A DNA stretch of 64,000 bases from an uncultured delta proteobacterium (GCA_963848295.1 CAWKDB010000010.1:1120001-1184000), one strand, 5' to 3'; positions 31,862-42,793 are shown, counted from the stretch's first letter. The notes: a model not told the origin generated them from the letters alone. Translations and numbers: made by a program.

Positions 31862-32133
31862 AGAGTCTGGGGACGCTGTCTCTTTTGTCACTTTGTAGAG
31901 TCTGGGGACGCTGTCTCTTTTGTCACTTTGTTGGTCTCTTGACGACCGCATCGCTACCGCAACTAATGCTCGCAGGATGGTCCTTGTCCCCGAACCAATC
32001 CGCGGGTGCGGTTCGAGTAACTCGATGAACGCAAGGTGACAAAAGAGACAGCGTCCCCAAGACAACTGCAATGATCGCAGGTGGATCGAAGAGTGCGGAC
32101 GCGGACCAAGGTGACAAAGGAGACAGCGTCCCC
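31862..32133. repeat. REP/MITE-like cluster: two direct plus two inverted copies of GGGGACGCTGTCTCTTTTGTCAC
   Basis: Exact 35-bp tandem at 31862-31896/31897-31931; inverted cores at 32036-32058 and 32111-32133 (one mismatch). Confidence 0.9.
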
Positions 32134-32939
32134 TATCGGAGCTGCTCCACGATCGCGCGCGCCACTCGCCGCGAGCCCAGCAGCGCGACGTGGCCGAGGT
32201 CGGCGAGCTCGAGGCGCACCGCGCCTGGGACGTCGGCCTGCGTCGAGCTCGGCACGAGCGCATCGGCGTGCGACCAGATCGTGAGGATCTTCGTGTGGGT
32301 CGGTGCCGGCGCGGCCGCGAGCCGGATCAGCAGCTTCGAGCCGGTGAGCAGCTCGCGCGCCGGGTGGCCAAGGCCGACCGACGACATCTCGGTGCCGGCG
32401 TGCGGCGAGCCGAGCGTGACGAGGTTCGCGACCTTGCCATCGCCGCCGCCGAACGCGACGAGGTAGCGGCCGACGACGCCGCCCATCGAATGACCGATGA
32501 TGTCGACCTGGGTCGCGCCGGTCTCGGCGAGCACCTGGTCGACGAACCAGCCGAGCTGGCGCGCGCCGGCGGCGACGCGGCCGAGCGTCCAGTATTCGAA
32601 GCCCAGGATCGGCCCGAGCCCGGCGCGCGCGAGGCGACAGGCGAGCGGCAAGAACACCGCGCGGTTCTGGGCGTAGCCGTGGACGACGATGATCGGGCGC
32701 GGGCCGACGCCCCCGGGCAGCGGGAACCAACCCGCCGGGCGCAGAGCCGAGGTCGCGATCGCCATCCCCCATTCGGCGAACGCGGCGCGCACCGGATGCT
32801 CGATCCCGCGATCCGCCCTTTGCAGCGCGCGCACCGCGTGAGGCAGCAGCGGATAGGCGCCGGTGACCATCAGCGCGTTCGACACGGCGGCCGTCGCGCC
32901 ACGCCACAGCATGTGGCGCATCGTGTGGCGGCGCTGCAC
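32133..32939 (-). CDS. Alpha/beta hydrolase (lipase/esterase family)
   Basis: VVHGY, GHSMGG nucleophile elbow, TLGSPHAG, D and GH catalytic positions. Confidence 0.85.
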   Translation of the reverse strand: MQRRHTMRHMLWRGATAAVSNALMVTGAYPLLPHAVRALQRADRGIEHPVRAAFAEWGMAIATSALRPAGWFPLPGGVGPRPIIVVHGYAQNRAVFLPLACRLARAGLGPILGFEYWTLGRVAAGARQLGWFVDQVLAETGATQVDIIGHSMGGVVGRYLVAFGGGDGKVANLVTLGSPHAGTEMSSVGLGHPARELLTGSKLLIRLAAAPAPTHTKILTIWSHADALVPSSTQADVPGAVRLELADLGHVALLGSRRVARAIVEQLR

Positions 32940-32945
32940 GCGCGA

Positions 32946-33314
32946 CTACAGCTCGATGCCGGGGACGTCGGCTTCGATCTCGACCGCGATATCTTTCGGA
33001 ATGCCGAGGAGCGTCTGCAACCGATCGAGCATCTTGCGCTCGCTATGCGCGAACACGTGATCGACGACCGCCATCCGGCACGCCGCGCGGTAGATGCCGC
33101 GGCGTGACTCCGGGTTGAGCGTCGACAGCGCGATGTCGGGCAACTCGACCTTGCCGTCGAGCAAGTGGGTCGCGGTGCTGCGCTCGTCGGGGGTCAGCTC
33201 GGCGCCGCGGATCAGCCGGCGCATGCCATCGGCTTCAGCCTCGGCGAGCACGCCGTCGGCCCACGCGACGGCCGCCCATACCCGGATGACGTTCAGAACC
33301 TGCGACTCGGCCAT
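32946..33314 (-). CDS. TerB-like protein
   Basis: AVAWADGVLAEAE...AVVDHVFAHSERKMLDRLQTLLGI. Confidence 0.75.
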   Translation of the reverse strand: MAESQVLNVIRVWAAVAWADGVLAEAEADGMRRLIRGAELTPDERSTATHLLDGKVELPDIALSTLNPESRRGIYRAACRMAVVDHVFAHSERKMLDRLQTLLGIPKDIAVEIEADVPGIEL

Positions 33315-33344
33315 GCGTCGACGATACGGCGCGCACCGCGTCGA

Positions 33345-33659
33345 TTACAAGCGCAGCTCGAGCCCGATCCGCTCGCGGACGAGCTTCACCACGGTCGCCC
33401 GGAGCTCGTCGCCGGACTTGGCGGCGCGCCAGTTGGCTCCGTCGGGATCGAAGTGCCAGGCCGAGGAGATCGCCGCCATCCAGATCTGGCGCGCAGCGCG
33501 GTGGCTGTTGATCACGATGCGGGTGCCGTCGCGCAGGTCGAGCCGGAGCACGCCGTCGCTGGTCGACACCTCGACGTCATCGGGATCGAGATCGGAGAGC
33601 GCGTCCTCGAGGTGGCGCAGCTCGGCGCGCGCAGCTTCGTCGAAAGTCGCTTCGTCCAT
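33345..33659 (-). CDS. cyaY: Iron donor protein CyaY (frataxin)
   Basis: DGVLRL...IVINSHRAARQIWMAA...AWHF. Confidence 0.88.
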   Translation of the reverse strand: MDEATFDEAARAELRHLEDALSDLDPDDVEVSTSDGVLRLDLRDGTRIVINSHRAARQIWMAAISSAWHFDPDGANWRAAKSGDELRATVVKLVRERIGLELRL

Positions 33660-33695
33660 GGGCGTGTGTATACCCCACTACGCTACGATGAGAAC

Positions 33696-35144
33696 GTGGG
33701 GACGTCCGACGACGATGAGCCCGAGGTAGAGATCCTGGAGGTCCACGACGGTCGCGAGACGTTGTTGCCGTCGCTCACCCGGTCCGTGCTGTCCGGGACG
33801 AAGAGCCGGGGGGGTAGCGAGACGCCGGCACCGACCGCGGCGACGCCGCACTCCGCCGACCGACCGCGTGGGGCGCGCACCGGCGATGTCGTCGGCGGCC
33901 GGTATGTTGTCGACGGCCAGCTCGGGCGCGGCGGCATGGGTCGCGTGCTGCGCGTCCGCCATCAGGCGCTCGGCAAGCCGTTCGCGTTGAAGCTGATCAA
34001 GAGCGCGATCGCGACGAACCCCAAGATCCGCGAGCTGTTCTATCGCGAGGCGCGGCTCGCGTCATCGCTGACCCACGAGAACATCTGCTCGATCGTCGAC
34101 TTCGGCCAAGACGACGTGTTCGGGCTGTTCATGGTGATGGAGCTGCTCGAAGGCAACACCGTGCACCACAAGTTGCGGTTCGGCGGTCGGTTGCCGCCGA
34201 AGGTCGCTTGCGACGTGATGTGGCAAGTCGCCGACGCGCTGCGGTTCATTCACGGCCGCCAGATCCTGCACGGCGACATCAAGACCGAGAACATCTTCTT
34301 GGTGAAGAGCACGGTGCAACGCCGGCTCGTCAAGCTGCTCGACTTCGGCTTGGCGCGCGCGGATCTCGGCCGGGACGACCTGCTCGACGGCACGCCGGAG
34401 TACCTCGCACCCGAGCGCATCGCGGGTGCGCCCGCGTCTCAGGCGAGCGACATCTACGCGCTCGGCATCGTGTTCTTCGAGCTCCTGACCGCGACCCAGC
34501 CGTTCCACGGCGACTACGAATCGGTGTTGCAGCAGCAGCGCAACGTGCCGGTGCCGGCGCCCAGCAAGCTGCTCGACGAGCCGCTCGACGATCGCGCCGA
34601 CCAGATCGTCGCGCGCGCGACGGCGAAGGATCCGGCGCAGCGCCATCCCGACATGGCAGCGTTCATGTACGAGCTGCGCACGCTGATGGGGATGCTCGGC
34701 ATCGACGTCGGCTCTCGCCCGAGTCGGCCGCGCCGCGCGCTCGCCGCCGAGAGCGCGCGCTTCCGCCGCGAGCTCGATCACGTCGGCAAAGCCGCGGCCG
34801 AGGTGTTCGCCGCGGCGCCCCTGCCGATGGCGTCGTGCAGCGTCGCCGGCCGAGTGCGCGCCGCGAACGCCGCGTTTCGCGAATTCCTCGGCGTCGCGGA
34901 CAGCGCGGGCGACGGGCTCGATCTCAGCGATACCGCGTTGCCCGAGGTTTACCCGACGCTGCTCGCCGATCTCGCGGAGGTCGGCGCGAAGCGGCTGCCG
35001 GTCAAGCGCGTGCTCTACCTCAACGAAGGCGGCGATCACGTCGTCGAAGCCGCCGTCGTGTTGTCACCGGCGCCGGCGAGCGCCGACGCGACGGCCGGCG
35101 AGGTTCACATAGTGATCCACCCGCTCCGCTCGGTGGCCAGCTAG
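33696..35144 (+). CDS. Cytoplasmic Ser/Thr kinase with C-terminal PAS-like domain
   Basis: LGRGGMG, ALK, HGDIKTEN, DFG, GTPEYLAPE; FAAAPLPMA...GRVRAANAAFREFLG. Confidence 0.88.
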   Translation: MGTSDDDEPEVEILEVHDGRETLLPSLTRSVLSGTKSRGGSETPAPTAATPHSADRPRGARTGDVVGGRYVVDGQLGRGGMGRVLRVRHQALGKPFALKLIKSAIATNPKIRELFYREARLASSLTHENICSIVDFGQDDVFGLFMVMELLEGNTVHHKLRFGGRLPPKVACDVMWQVADALRFIHGRQILHGDIKTENIFLVKSTVQRRLVKLLDFGLARADLGRDDLLDGTPEYLAPERIAGAPASQASDIYALGIVFFELLTATQPFHGDYESVLQQQRNVPVPAPSKLLDEPLDDRADQIVARATAKDPAQRHPDMAAFMYELRTLMGMLGIDVGSRPSRPRRALAAESARFRRELDHVGKAAAEVFAAAPLPMASCSVAGRVRAANAAFREFLGVADSAGDGLDLSDTALPEVYPTLLADLAEVGAKRLPVKRVLYLNEGGDHVVEAAVVLSPAPASADATAGEVHIVIHPLRSVAS

Positions 35145-35147
35145 GTC

Positions 35148-35238
35148 CGGTTGTCAAAGTGAACACCGTCCCCAGCTAAGCATCGAGATCTATTCAGGGC
35201 CGGCGAGCCGGTCGGTTGACAAAGCGAACACCGTCCCC
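35148..35238. repeat. Two direct copies of CGGTTG(T/A)CAAAG(T/C)GAACACCGTCCCC, related to the 31.9 kb repeat
   Basis: Copies at 35148-35173 and 35213-35238 between convergent genes. Confidence 0.8.
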
Positions 35239-36714
35239 CTAGAGGCCGGCGAGCCGTTCGGGGCGGAGGAGCATGCCTTCGACGCCATCGATGGTCACGA
35301 TCTCGGCGAGCGCCGAGGGCGGGGTCGCGACGAGCCGGCGGGCATCGACGGGGTTCGGCCGGCCGCCGCAGGCGATGCCGAGCTCGAGCTGGTCGCTCGC
35401 GAACCACCACAGCGAGGTCGAGATGCTGTTGCTCGGCGCCATCCCGAGCGCCGCGGCGAGGTCGACGATCATCGGCATCGCCGCCGGCCGATCGAGCAGC
35501 CGCCAGCCGGCGCCGAGCACGACCGGAAACCGCAAGCCCGGCGCGCGCAACGCATGACCGCGCGCGGCGAGCGGCGCCACCGGCAACGAGACCGTCCACG
35601 TCGTGCCACGTCCGTCCTCGGAACGCGCGGTCAGCGAGCCTCCGAGATCGACGGCACTACCGCGCACGACATCGAGCCCGACTCCGCGCCCCGAAACCTC
35701 GTTGACCTGGCTGCGGGTCGAGAACCCGGGGTGGCACATCAGCTCGACGAGCCGCTCGCGGGTCAGTTGTGCTCCCTCCGGCGCAAGGCCGAGCTCGATG
35801 GCCCGATGGTGCACGCGTTCGAAGTCGATGCCACTGCCGTCGTCATCGACGGTCAGCGTGTAGGTGCCGTCGCGCAGGCCGCCGTGCAGCCGGATCGTGC
35901 CGGTCGCCGGTTTGCCAGCCGCGACCCGCGCCGCGGGTGACTCGATGCCGTGATCGACCGCGTTGCGCACCAGGTGGAGCGTCGCGACATCGACCGCCGC
36001 GAGCACTTCGATCGTGACCTCGGCGGTGACGAGCTCGAACCTGAGGTCGATCTGCTTGCCGAGCTCGCGCGCGAGCGTCTTGACGCTGGGCTCGTACTTG
36101 CCGAGTTGCGCCGCGCTCAGGACCGCCCGCTGGATCCCGATCAGATCGCGCAGCATGTGCCACGACGAGCGCAATCGATCGCGCCGCACGCCGCGCGCGA
36201 CGGCGTATTCGAGGAACGCATCGACCGCGGCGGTGCCGAGCTGCTCGCGCAGTGCGCTCGTCACCCTCGCGTTCGACATCGTGCGGAGCAACGGCGGCAC
36301 GCTGCCGGTGCGCGGCCGACCGGCGTGCTCGTGGCGCTTGAGGATCGCCTCGATCTGGGCCACGAACCCGGCAATGTCGACGCCGACGGCGCTCCCCGCG
36401 GTCTTCGGCTTGCGCACGAGCATCGCGACGAAGCGCAGCGCCATGTTGACCGCGAGATCGAAGTCGCCGTCGACCGCGTAGCCCCGAGCGCGTGCGACGT
36501 CGAGCAGATCCTCGAGCTTGTGGAGGATGAGATTCACGTCGGTGAACCCGACGACGCCCGACTCGCCCTTGAGCGTGTGGACCTCGCGATGGACGAGCGA
36601 GGCCGCATCCTCGTCGAGATGCGCGAGCAAGCTCGCCCACGCCTGCTCGACTCGCCCGACGCGTTCGAGCGCGATCCGCCGGAACTCCACCACGATGTCC
36701 TCGGGCACGCCCAT
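35239..36714 (-). CDS. CheA-like histidine kinase (Hpt + HATPase, degenerate C-terminus)
   Basis: REVHTLKGE, HLVRNAVDHGIE, DDGSGID, PGFST...SGRGVGLDVV. Confidence 0.88.
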   Translation of the reverse strand: MGVPEDIVVEFRRIALERVGRVEQAWASLLAHLDEDAASLVHREVHTLKGESGVVGFTDVNLILHKLEDLLDVARARGYAVDGDFDLAVNMALRFVAMLVRKPKTAGSAVGVDIAGFVAQIEAILKRHEHAGRPRTGSVPPLLRTMSNARVTSALREQLGTAAVDAFLEYAVARGVRRDRLRSSWHMLRDLIGIQRAVLSAAQLGKYEPSVKTLARELGKQIDLRFELVTAEVTIEVLAAVDVATLHLVRNAVDHGIESPAARVAAGKPATGTIRLHGGLRDGTYTLTVDDDGSGIDFERVHHRAIELGLAPEGAQLTRERLVELMCHPGFSTRSQVNEVSGRGVGLDVVRGSAVDLGGSLTARSEDGRGTTWTVSLPVAPLAARGHALRAPGLRFPVVLGAGWRLLDRPAAMPMIVDLAAALGMAPSNSISTSLWWFASDQLELGIACGGRPNPVDARRLVATPPSALAEIVTIDGVEGMLLRPERLAGL

Positions 36715-36715
36715 G

Positions 36716-37096
36716 TCAGCTCTCGATCGTCACCAGGTCGGTATCGAAACAACTCAGCGCGTGCAGCGTGTGTTGCTGCCAGGCGATCTTAGGGTTGCCG
36801 CGCAGCCGCAGGCGATAGCGAGCGTCCGCGGGCAGCTCTTGCAGCCGCGCGATCCATACGACGAGCTGGGTGAAGCACGGCGTCGCCATCGCATCGAGCG
36901 CGTGCAGGTCGACGATGATCGAGTCGGCGCCGCGGTCGACCATCTCGCCGTGGATGGTGTCGAGCAACTCGGACAACGCCGTGGCTGCCGCCGCGTCGGC
37001 GGTGCCGGCGAGCCGCACGATCGCGCCATCGCGGTAATCGACGTCGACCAGCAGGTCGGGCTCGTCGACATCAGGGACGCGCAACCGCAGCACCAT
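36716..37096 (-). CDS. STAS/anti-sigma-antagonist-like small protein
   Basis: VRLAGTAD...IIVDLHALDAMATPCF...WQQHTLHAL. Confidence 0.6.
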   Translation of the reverse strand: MVLRLRVPDVDEPDLLVDVDYRDGAIVRLAGTADAAAATALSELLDTIHGEMVDRGADSIIVDLHALDAMATPCFTQLVVWIARLQELPADARYRLRLRGNPKIAWQQHTLHALSCFDTDLVTIES

Positions 37097-37154
37097 CGCG
37101 CGCGAGTATAGCCCCGAGCGCACGTTCGGCGCGCTCGGCGAGGTGCGGATCGCT

Positions 37155-38588
37155 CTAGAAGCCGAGCGCGAGGCCGAGGCTGAGGTCGGCGGTGAGGCCG
37201 CTGTTGAGCACCGAGGTGCCGACCGAGCTCGTGACGGCGATGCCGGCGATCACCGAGAAATCCGCGACGAACGCGAGCACGCTGTTGAGCTTCTTCATGT
37301 AGCCGACGCCGCCGCCGATCAACAGCGGGCCCTGCGCGACGATATCGGTGTCCATGCCACCGCCCTGAGCCTGCAACTTGATCGTGTTGCGGATGATGCC
37401 GGCGCCGAGCTGGCCCATCACGCGCAGACCTTCGCCGCCGGGGGCAAGCGAGTAGCGCAAGCGCAACAGGCCCGCGGGCGCGAGCGTGGCATGACCGTCG
37501 ACGTTCGCATCGACCGGGAAGCCGAGGCGGCCGGCGGCCCCGACCGCGATCTTCGGCGTGACGTAGACGTCGAGCTCCGGCATCACGACGACGAGGCTGT
37601 TGCCGATGCAGCAGCTGCTCACCATGTTGCCGCCCTCGGTCGACCCGGTGACGTAGCCAAAGCCGGTGCCGCCGGCCAGGATGATCTGGACGCGCGTCGG
37701 CTTCTTCGGGCCGACCACGACGCCGCCGCCGACGCCGCCGACGTTATCGCCGCCACCCGATGCCGCGCCTGCGGTACCGAGCGGGTTCTCGCCGTCGCCT
37801 TTGACCGGCGGGCCACCCGCGGTGAGCTCCATGATGTTCGGCGATCCGGCCGAGCCCTTGTCGACGATCACCTTGCCGGCCGCGTCGTAGGCGGCGACAT
37901 AGTAGTGGACGAGCGAACCGTGCATCGCCGACGCCGGGATCTGGCCGACGTACTTGCACTCGCCCGACTTCGTGAGCTTGGACTCGGTGAACTCGGTCGC
38001 GCCTTCCGGCCGGTACATGACCGACACCTTCGCGGCGTTCACCCTCGGCTCGAGCTCGGCTTCGATCGCTTGAGGCGCGCCGCCCGGTGCGGTGTCGATC
38101 AACTCGTGCTGCAGCCCCTTGACCGACTTGCAGTCGACCGCCGGGCCGGTATCGACCGGTGTGCCCCCCGATGGCGGCGCGACGCCCGGGCCTGCTTCAG
38201 CGCGAGCCTCGTCGAGCAGCTTCGCGGTCTCCGCCGATTTGTACGCCGCGTCGAGCTGGATCTTCGGCTCGATCTGAACCGCCGACAGGAACGAGACCTT
38301 CGCGCCCTCGGCATCCGGCACCGCGGCGAGCACGATGCCCAAGTCGAGGTACGCGCGCGCGACGACCGGATCCTTGTCGAGCTTCGCCTTCTTCGCGTTC
38401 GCGACCGCTTGGTTGAGCAGCTTCTTCGCCGCGTCGTAGTCCATCAGGTCGTAGCTCTCCATCGCCTCCTTGATCTTCGTTTGAACATCACCCTTTGGAT
38501 CGGCGTGAGCCGTTCCGAGGCTCCAACCAAGGCCGACGAAGATCGCAGCGGACGCGACGAGACTGCGGGAACCCATGCTGGAGTTCAT
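37155..38588 (-). CDS. Secreted TPR protein with beta-sandwich domain and probable C-terminal outer-membrane beta-barrel
   Basis: Signal peptide, TPR-like helices, alternating beta strands, C-terminal LGLALGF. Confidence 0.75.
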   Translation of the reverse strand: MNSSMGSRSLVASAAIFVGLGWSLGTAHADPKGDVQTKIKEAMESYDLMDYDAAKKLLNQAVANAKKAKLDKDPVVARAYLDLGIVLAAVPDAEGAKVSFLSAVQIEPKIQLDAAYKSAETAKLLDEARAEAGPGVAPPSGGTPVDTGPAVDCKSVKGLQHELIDTAPGGAPQAIEAELEPRVNAAKVSVMYRPEGATEFTESKLTKSGECKYVGQIPASAMHGSLVHYYVAAYDAAGKVIVDKGSAGSPNIMELTAGGPPVKGDGENPLGTAGAASGGGDNVGGVGGGVVVGPKKPTRVQIILAGGTGFGYVTGSTEGGNMVSSCCIGNSLVVVMPELDVYVTPKIAVGAAGRLGFPVDANVDGHATLAPAGLLRLRYSLAPGGEGLRVMGQLGAGIIRNTIKLQAQGGGMDTDIVAQGPLLIGGGVGYMKKLNSVLAFVADFSVIAGIAVTSSVGTSVLNSGLTADLSLGLALGF

Positions 38589-38700
38589 AACAAAGAAATG
38601 TGCTCCGCGATCAGGTTTCGGGAGGGACCCGTAACTTAGGGAAAGCAACCCGGATTACGAGCCGGCTGGTTGACAGGCTGCGGTATTCGCGGGGCGTGTC

Positions 38701-39737
<1,037 letters not shown>

Positions 39738-39741
<4 letters not shown>

Positions 39742-40124
39742 TGGCCGTCCTTCGCCGGTGCGATCGGCTTGGCCGCGGCTTTCGCCGTGCCGAGATCGTC
39801 GAGGTACGGTCGCTTGCTCGGATCCTTGGCGAACTCCTCGGCCTCGGCGGTCGCCTTCTCGGCCGCCTCCGACGAGAGTCGGCCGAACCGGTTCGCGCCC
39901 TGGAAATCCGCGTGACCCGCGACCTCGCGCGCCATGTGCAGAAACGTCACCGCTCGGGTCCAGTAGTACGGGCTGAGCGTGTCGGCATGGGCTGCACGCG
40001 CATCGTCGACCGCGCGCGACGCGTGGCGCGTCACCTCGGTGACATACGCGATCGGCCCGCACGCGGTCAGGCACGACGCGGTCAACACGACGACGAGCAC
40101 CGAACGGCGCATCGGCTGCATCAT
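39738..40124 (-). CDS. DUF4398-like lipoprotein
   Basis: LTAC lipobox, SPYYWTRAVTFLHMARE; coupled to the OmpA gene. Confidence 0.75.
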
Positions 40125-40127
40125 ATA

Positions 40128-40673
40128 TCACCTCGCGCGGACGCGTCGGCCATCCCGGCCCAGCTCGATCGCGACGTAGATCGCCGAGCCGAACAGGGCG
40201 AGCAGCGAGACGACGTACGCCCAGCCGAGCTGGACGTCGAACAGCGACGCGCCTTGATGCGTCGAGTAACCGTAGTAGTCGGCCGCGGTGCCGAGCCGGT
40301 TCATGCCGCCGACGATCAGCACGATCAGCGCGAGCGCGATCGCGCCCGTCGCATAGCCGAGCGCCCCGTTCAGGCCCTTGCGGATGAGCAGGCCCGCGAC
40401 GTACCAGGCCCCGACCACGAGCCCGGCATGGCCGACCATCAACGGCAGGACCGCGACCCCGGCGAGCTTCTTCGGGTCGAACCAGTACATCCACGCCCAC
40501 GCCGGATGGACCGCGTAGAAGTACAGCGCGACCGGCGCGACGACCGCGGCCGCGTGCATCGCGACGAGCGGAAACGCCGGCGTCGCAAACGGACCGTCGG
40601 CCTTGATCCGATCGCGCGCGGTGAACGCGAACCCGATCCCGAACAGCACGTTGACGAACGCGATGACCAACAA
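40128..40673 (-). CDS. Hypothetical integral membrane protein
   Basis: Five hydrophobic segments, HPAWAWMYW motif. Confidence 0.75.
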   Translation of the reverse strand: MLVIAFVNVLFGIGFAFTARDRIKADGPFATPAFPLVAMHAAAVVAPVALYFYAVHPAWAWMYWFDPKKLAGVAVLPLMVGHAGLVVGAWYVAGLLIRKGLNGALGYATGAIALALIVLIVGGMNRLGTAADYYGYSTHQGASLFDVQLGWAYVVSLLALFGSAIYVAIELGRDGRRVRAR

Positions 40674-40691
40674 GGCGCGGCTATCTTAACG

Positions 40692-42451
40692 CTAGCGACG
40701 CTCGATCGGAGGCGTGCGGCTGCCGGTGTCCGGATCCGCGGCTTCGGGTGGACCGATGATCGGCCCGGAGCCCTCGAGATCGATCTTCGGCGTCCGAGCA
40801 TCGGCCGAGCTGTCGTCGCGCGAGCCGGGGCGGGTTCGGACCGGCGTTGGCGTCGGCGCCGGGGTCGGGACATCGATCTCACCAGCGACGAACTTGTTCT
40901 CGCTCGCGCCGCCGAGCGGCGGCGCCAACGCGACGACGACGCCCTCGATCGGCGTGCCATCGTCGCCCGCTTCGTCGTCGAGCTCGCGCACGACGTTCGT
41001 GATGCTGGCGCCGCCCCAGTCCTCGTGCACGGGCGGCGGGGCGTGCCCGGCTGGCCACGCGCTCGCGCCCGGCGGAACGGCCTCGCGCTCGCTCGTATCG
41101 TCCGATTGCGACGGCGGCGGCGCGTTGACCGCCGCGGAGCTCGTGTTGTCGAGCGAGGACAACGCCTCCTCGAGCGCCGAGTTGCCCATCCGCGCGAGCC
41201 CGAGATCGCTCGATGGTGGACGCGGCGGCTCCTCGAACACGGTCGCCTCGAATTCGTCGTCGGACAGCATCTCGAGCTTCGCCGGCTCGGGCGTCGTCGG
41301 CGCGAACTGACCGGCGAACCGCTTCGCGAGCTCGGCATACGCATCGCGCACCGCTCGGCGGGCACCGCTCGCGGTGTGATCGCGACGGACGCGCTCGTAC
41401 GCGGCAGCCGCCAAGTGATCGCGCAGCGCGGGCTCGCCGAGCAGCCGCAACACCTTGCGCGCGAGGTCGAACGGATCGCCGGGCTCGAACAGCAGCGCGT
41501 CGCGATTGTTGTCTGCGATCATCGCGATGGTCTCGCGCCGCGGAGCGACGACCGCGCGCCGGCACGCCATGTACTCGAGCACCTTCGTCGGGTAGACCGC
41601 GCTCTCGGGATCGCGCGAGGTCTTGCGCCGACGGCACGACGCACACGGTCGCGCTCGCGATCAACGCCGGCATCTGGTCGTGATCGACCGCGCCGATCAG
41701 CTCGACCTTGTCGGTCAGCCCGAGCTCGCGAATGCCCTCGCGCAACGGCGGTTCGAACTTCGGAGCGATGGGCCCTGCGAGCACGAGCCGCGCATCGGTC
41801 TCGCGCACGATCTCGGCGAGGGCTCGCACCAGGACGCGCACGCCGCGGCCCGGATCGATCGCGCCGACGTAGAGGATCTTCGGCGGACCGCTGGCGGGCG
41901 GCGCATCCCAATCGAACCGATCGATATCGACGCCGAGCGGCGACAGGAACACGCGCTCCGATCGACCGCGGCCCTTCAGCGCCTTGACCGCGGCCAGCGT
42001 CGGCGCGAGCACGAGGTCGGCGGCCAGCACACACGCGTCCTCGTCGCGCGTGTACTGCGCATCGAGCTCGGGATCCGCGCCGGCTTCGCCGAGCGGTGAT
42101 CGCGCGAGATCGTAGACCACCGCGTAGCCGAACCGCGGCTTGGCCTCGAGCACGGTCATCCCGCTCCAGCTGTCGCGGCAATGGATGACGTCGTAGTCGG
42201 CGCCGTCGAGCTGGCGGCGGAGCGCGCGCTGGAACGCTTGAATCTGCGTCCGCCGATCCGCTTCGTGCGTCGGGCACGCGCAGCACCCGCACCGATCCTT
42301 GGCGCTCGACGTAGCCCTGATCGCCCTCGCGCACCACGAGTAGATCGACGCCGTGCTGCGGGGTCAGCGCGCGAATGACATGACGGAGCTGAACGCCCGC
42401 ACGCCGCGGCCCTGGTACGGCGCAAAAACCCGTGAGCAGCACTCGGGGCAT
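40692..42451 (-). CDS. GT4-family glycosyltransferase with long acidic C-terminal tail (frameshifts near 42270 and 41600)
   Basis: LGVDIDRF, ILYVGAI, PTKVLEYMAC, LFEPGDP. Confidence 0.82.
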
Positions 42452-42538
42452 TGCGCCTCCATCGTCGGGCACTTCAAGAAATCACGCAAGGACGTCGTTA
42501 CCTTGATCCAGATCGACGGGTGCTGTATCTCCCTTCCC

Positions 42539-42793
42539 GTGAATCGGCTGATCGACTATCTGCGGCAACACGTGATGATCGACTTCCAGGGTGAGCTGAC
42601 GGTGGCGAAGGTCCGGGAGCTCCTTGCAGGTGATGACAGCCGCGACGCGAAGCAATTGTTGTCGAAGTTGGTGGCGGAACGCAGTGTGGAAGACATGATG
42701 CTCGTGCTCGCGGACTGCTTGCTCGAGCCTGTCCAGACCGCCCTCACCGACGACGTCATGCGCGAGCAACTGCGCATGTACACCGAATCCTGA
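42539..42793 (+). CDS. Small hypothetical protein (84 aa)
   Basis: GTG start, helical sequence NRLIDYLRQHVMIDFQG..., coding-like codon usage. Confidence 0.7.
   Translation: MNRLIDYLRQHVMIDFQGELTVAKVRELLAGDDSRDAKQLLSKLVAERSVEDMMLVLADCLLEPVQTALTDDVMREQLRMYTES

Noticed and set aside
31862..31931. 35-bp direct repeats as a CRISPR array
   Set aside because: The two copies are adjacent with no spacer, further copies are inverted, and no cas genes are present
32946..33314. TerB-like gene as part of a tellurite-resistance or defence operon
   Set aside because: It is a solitary gene among housekeeping genes with no other ter genes
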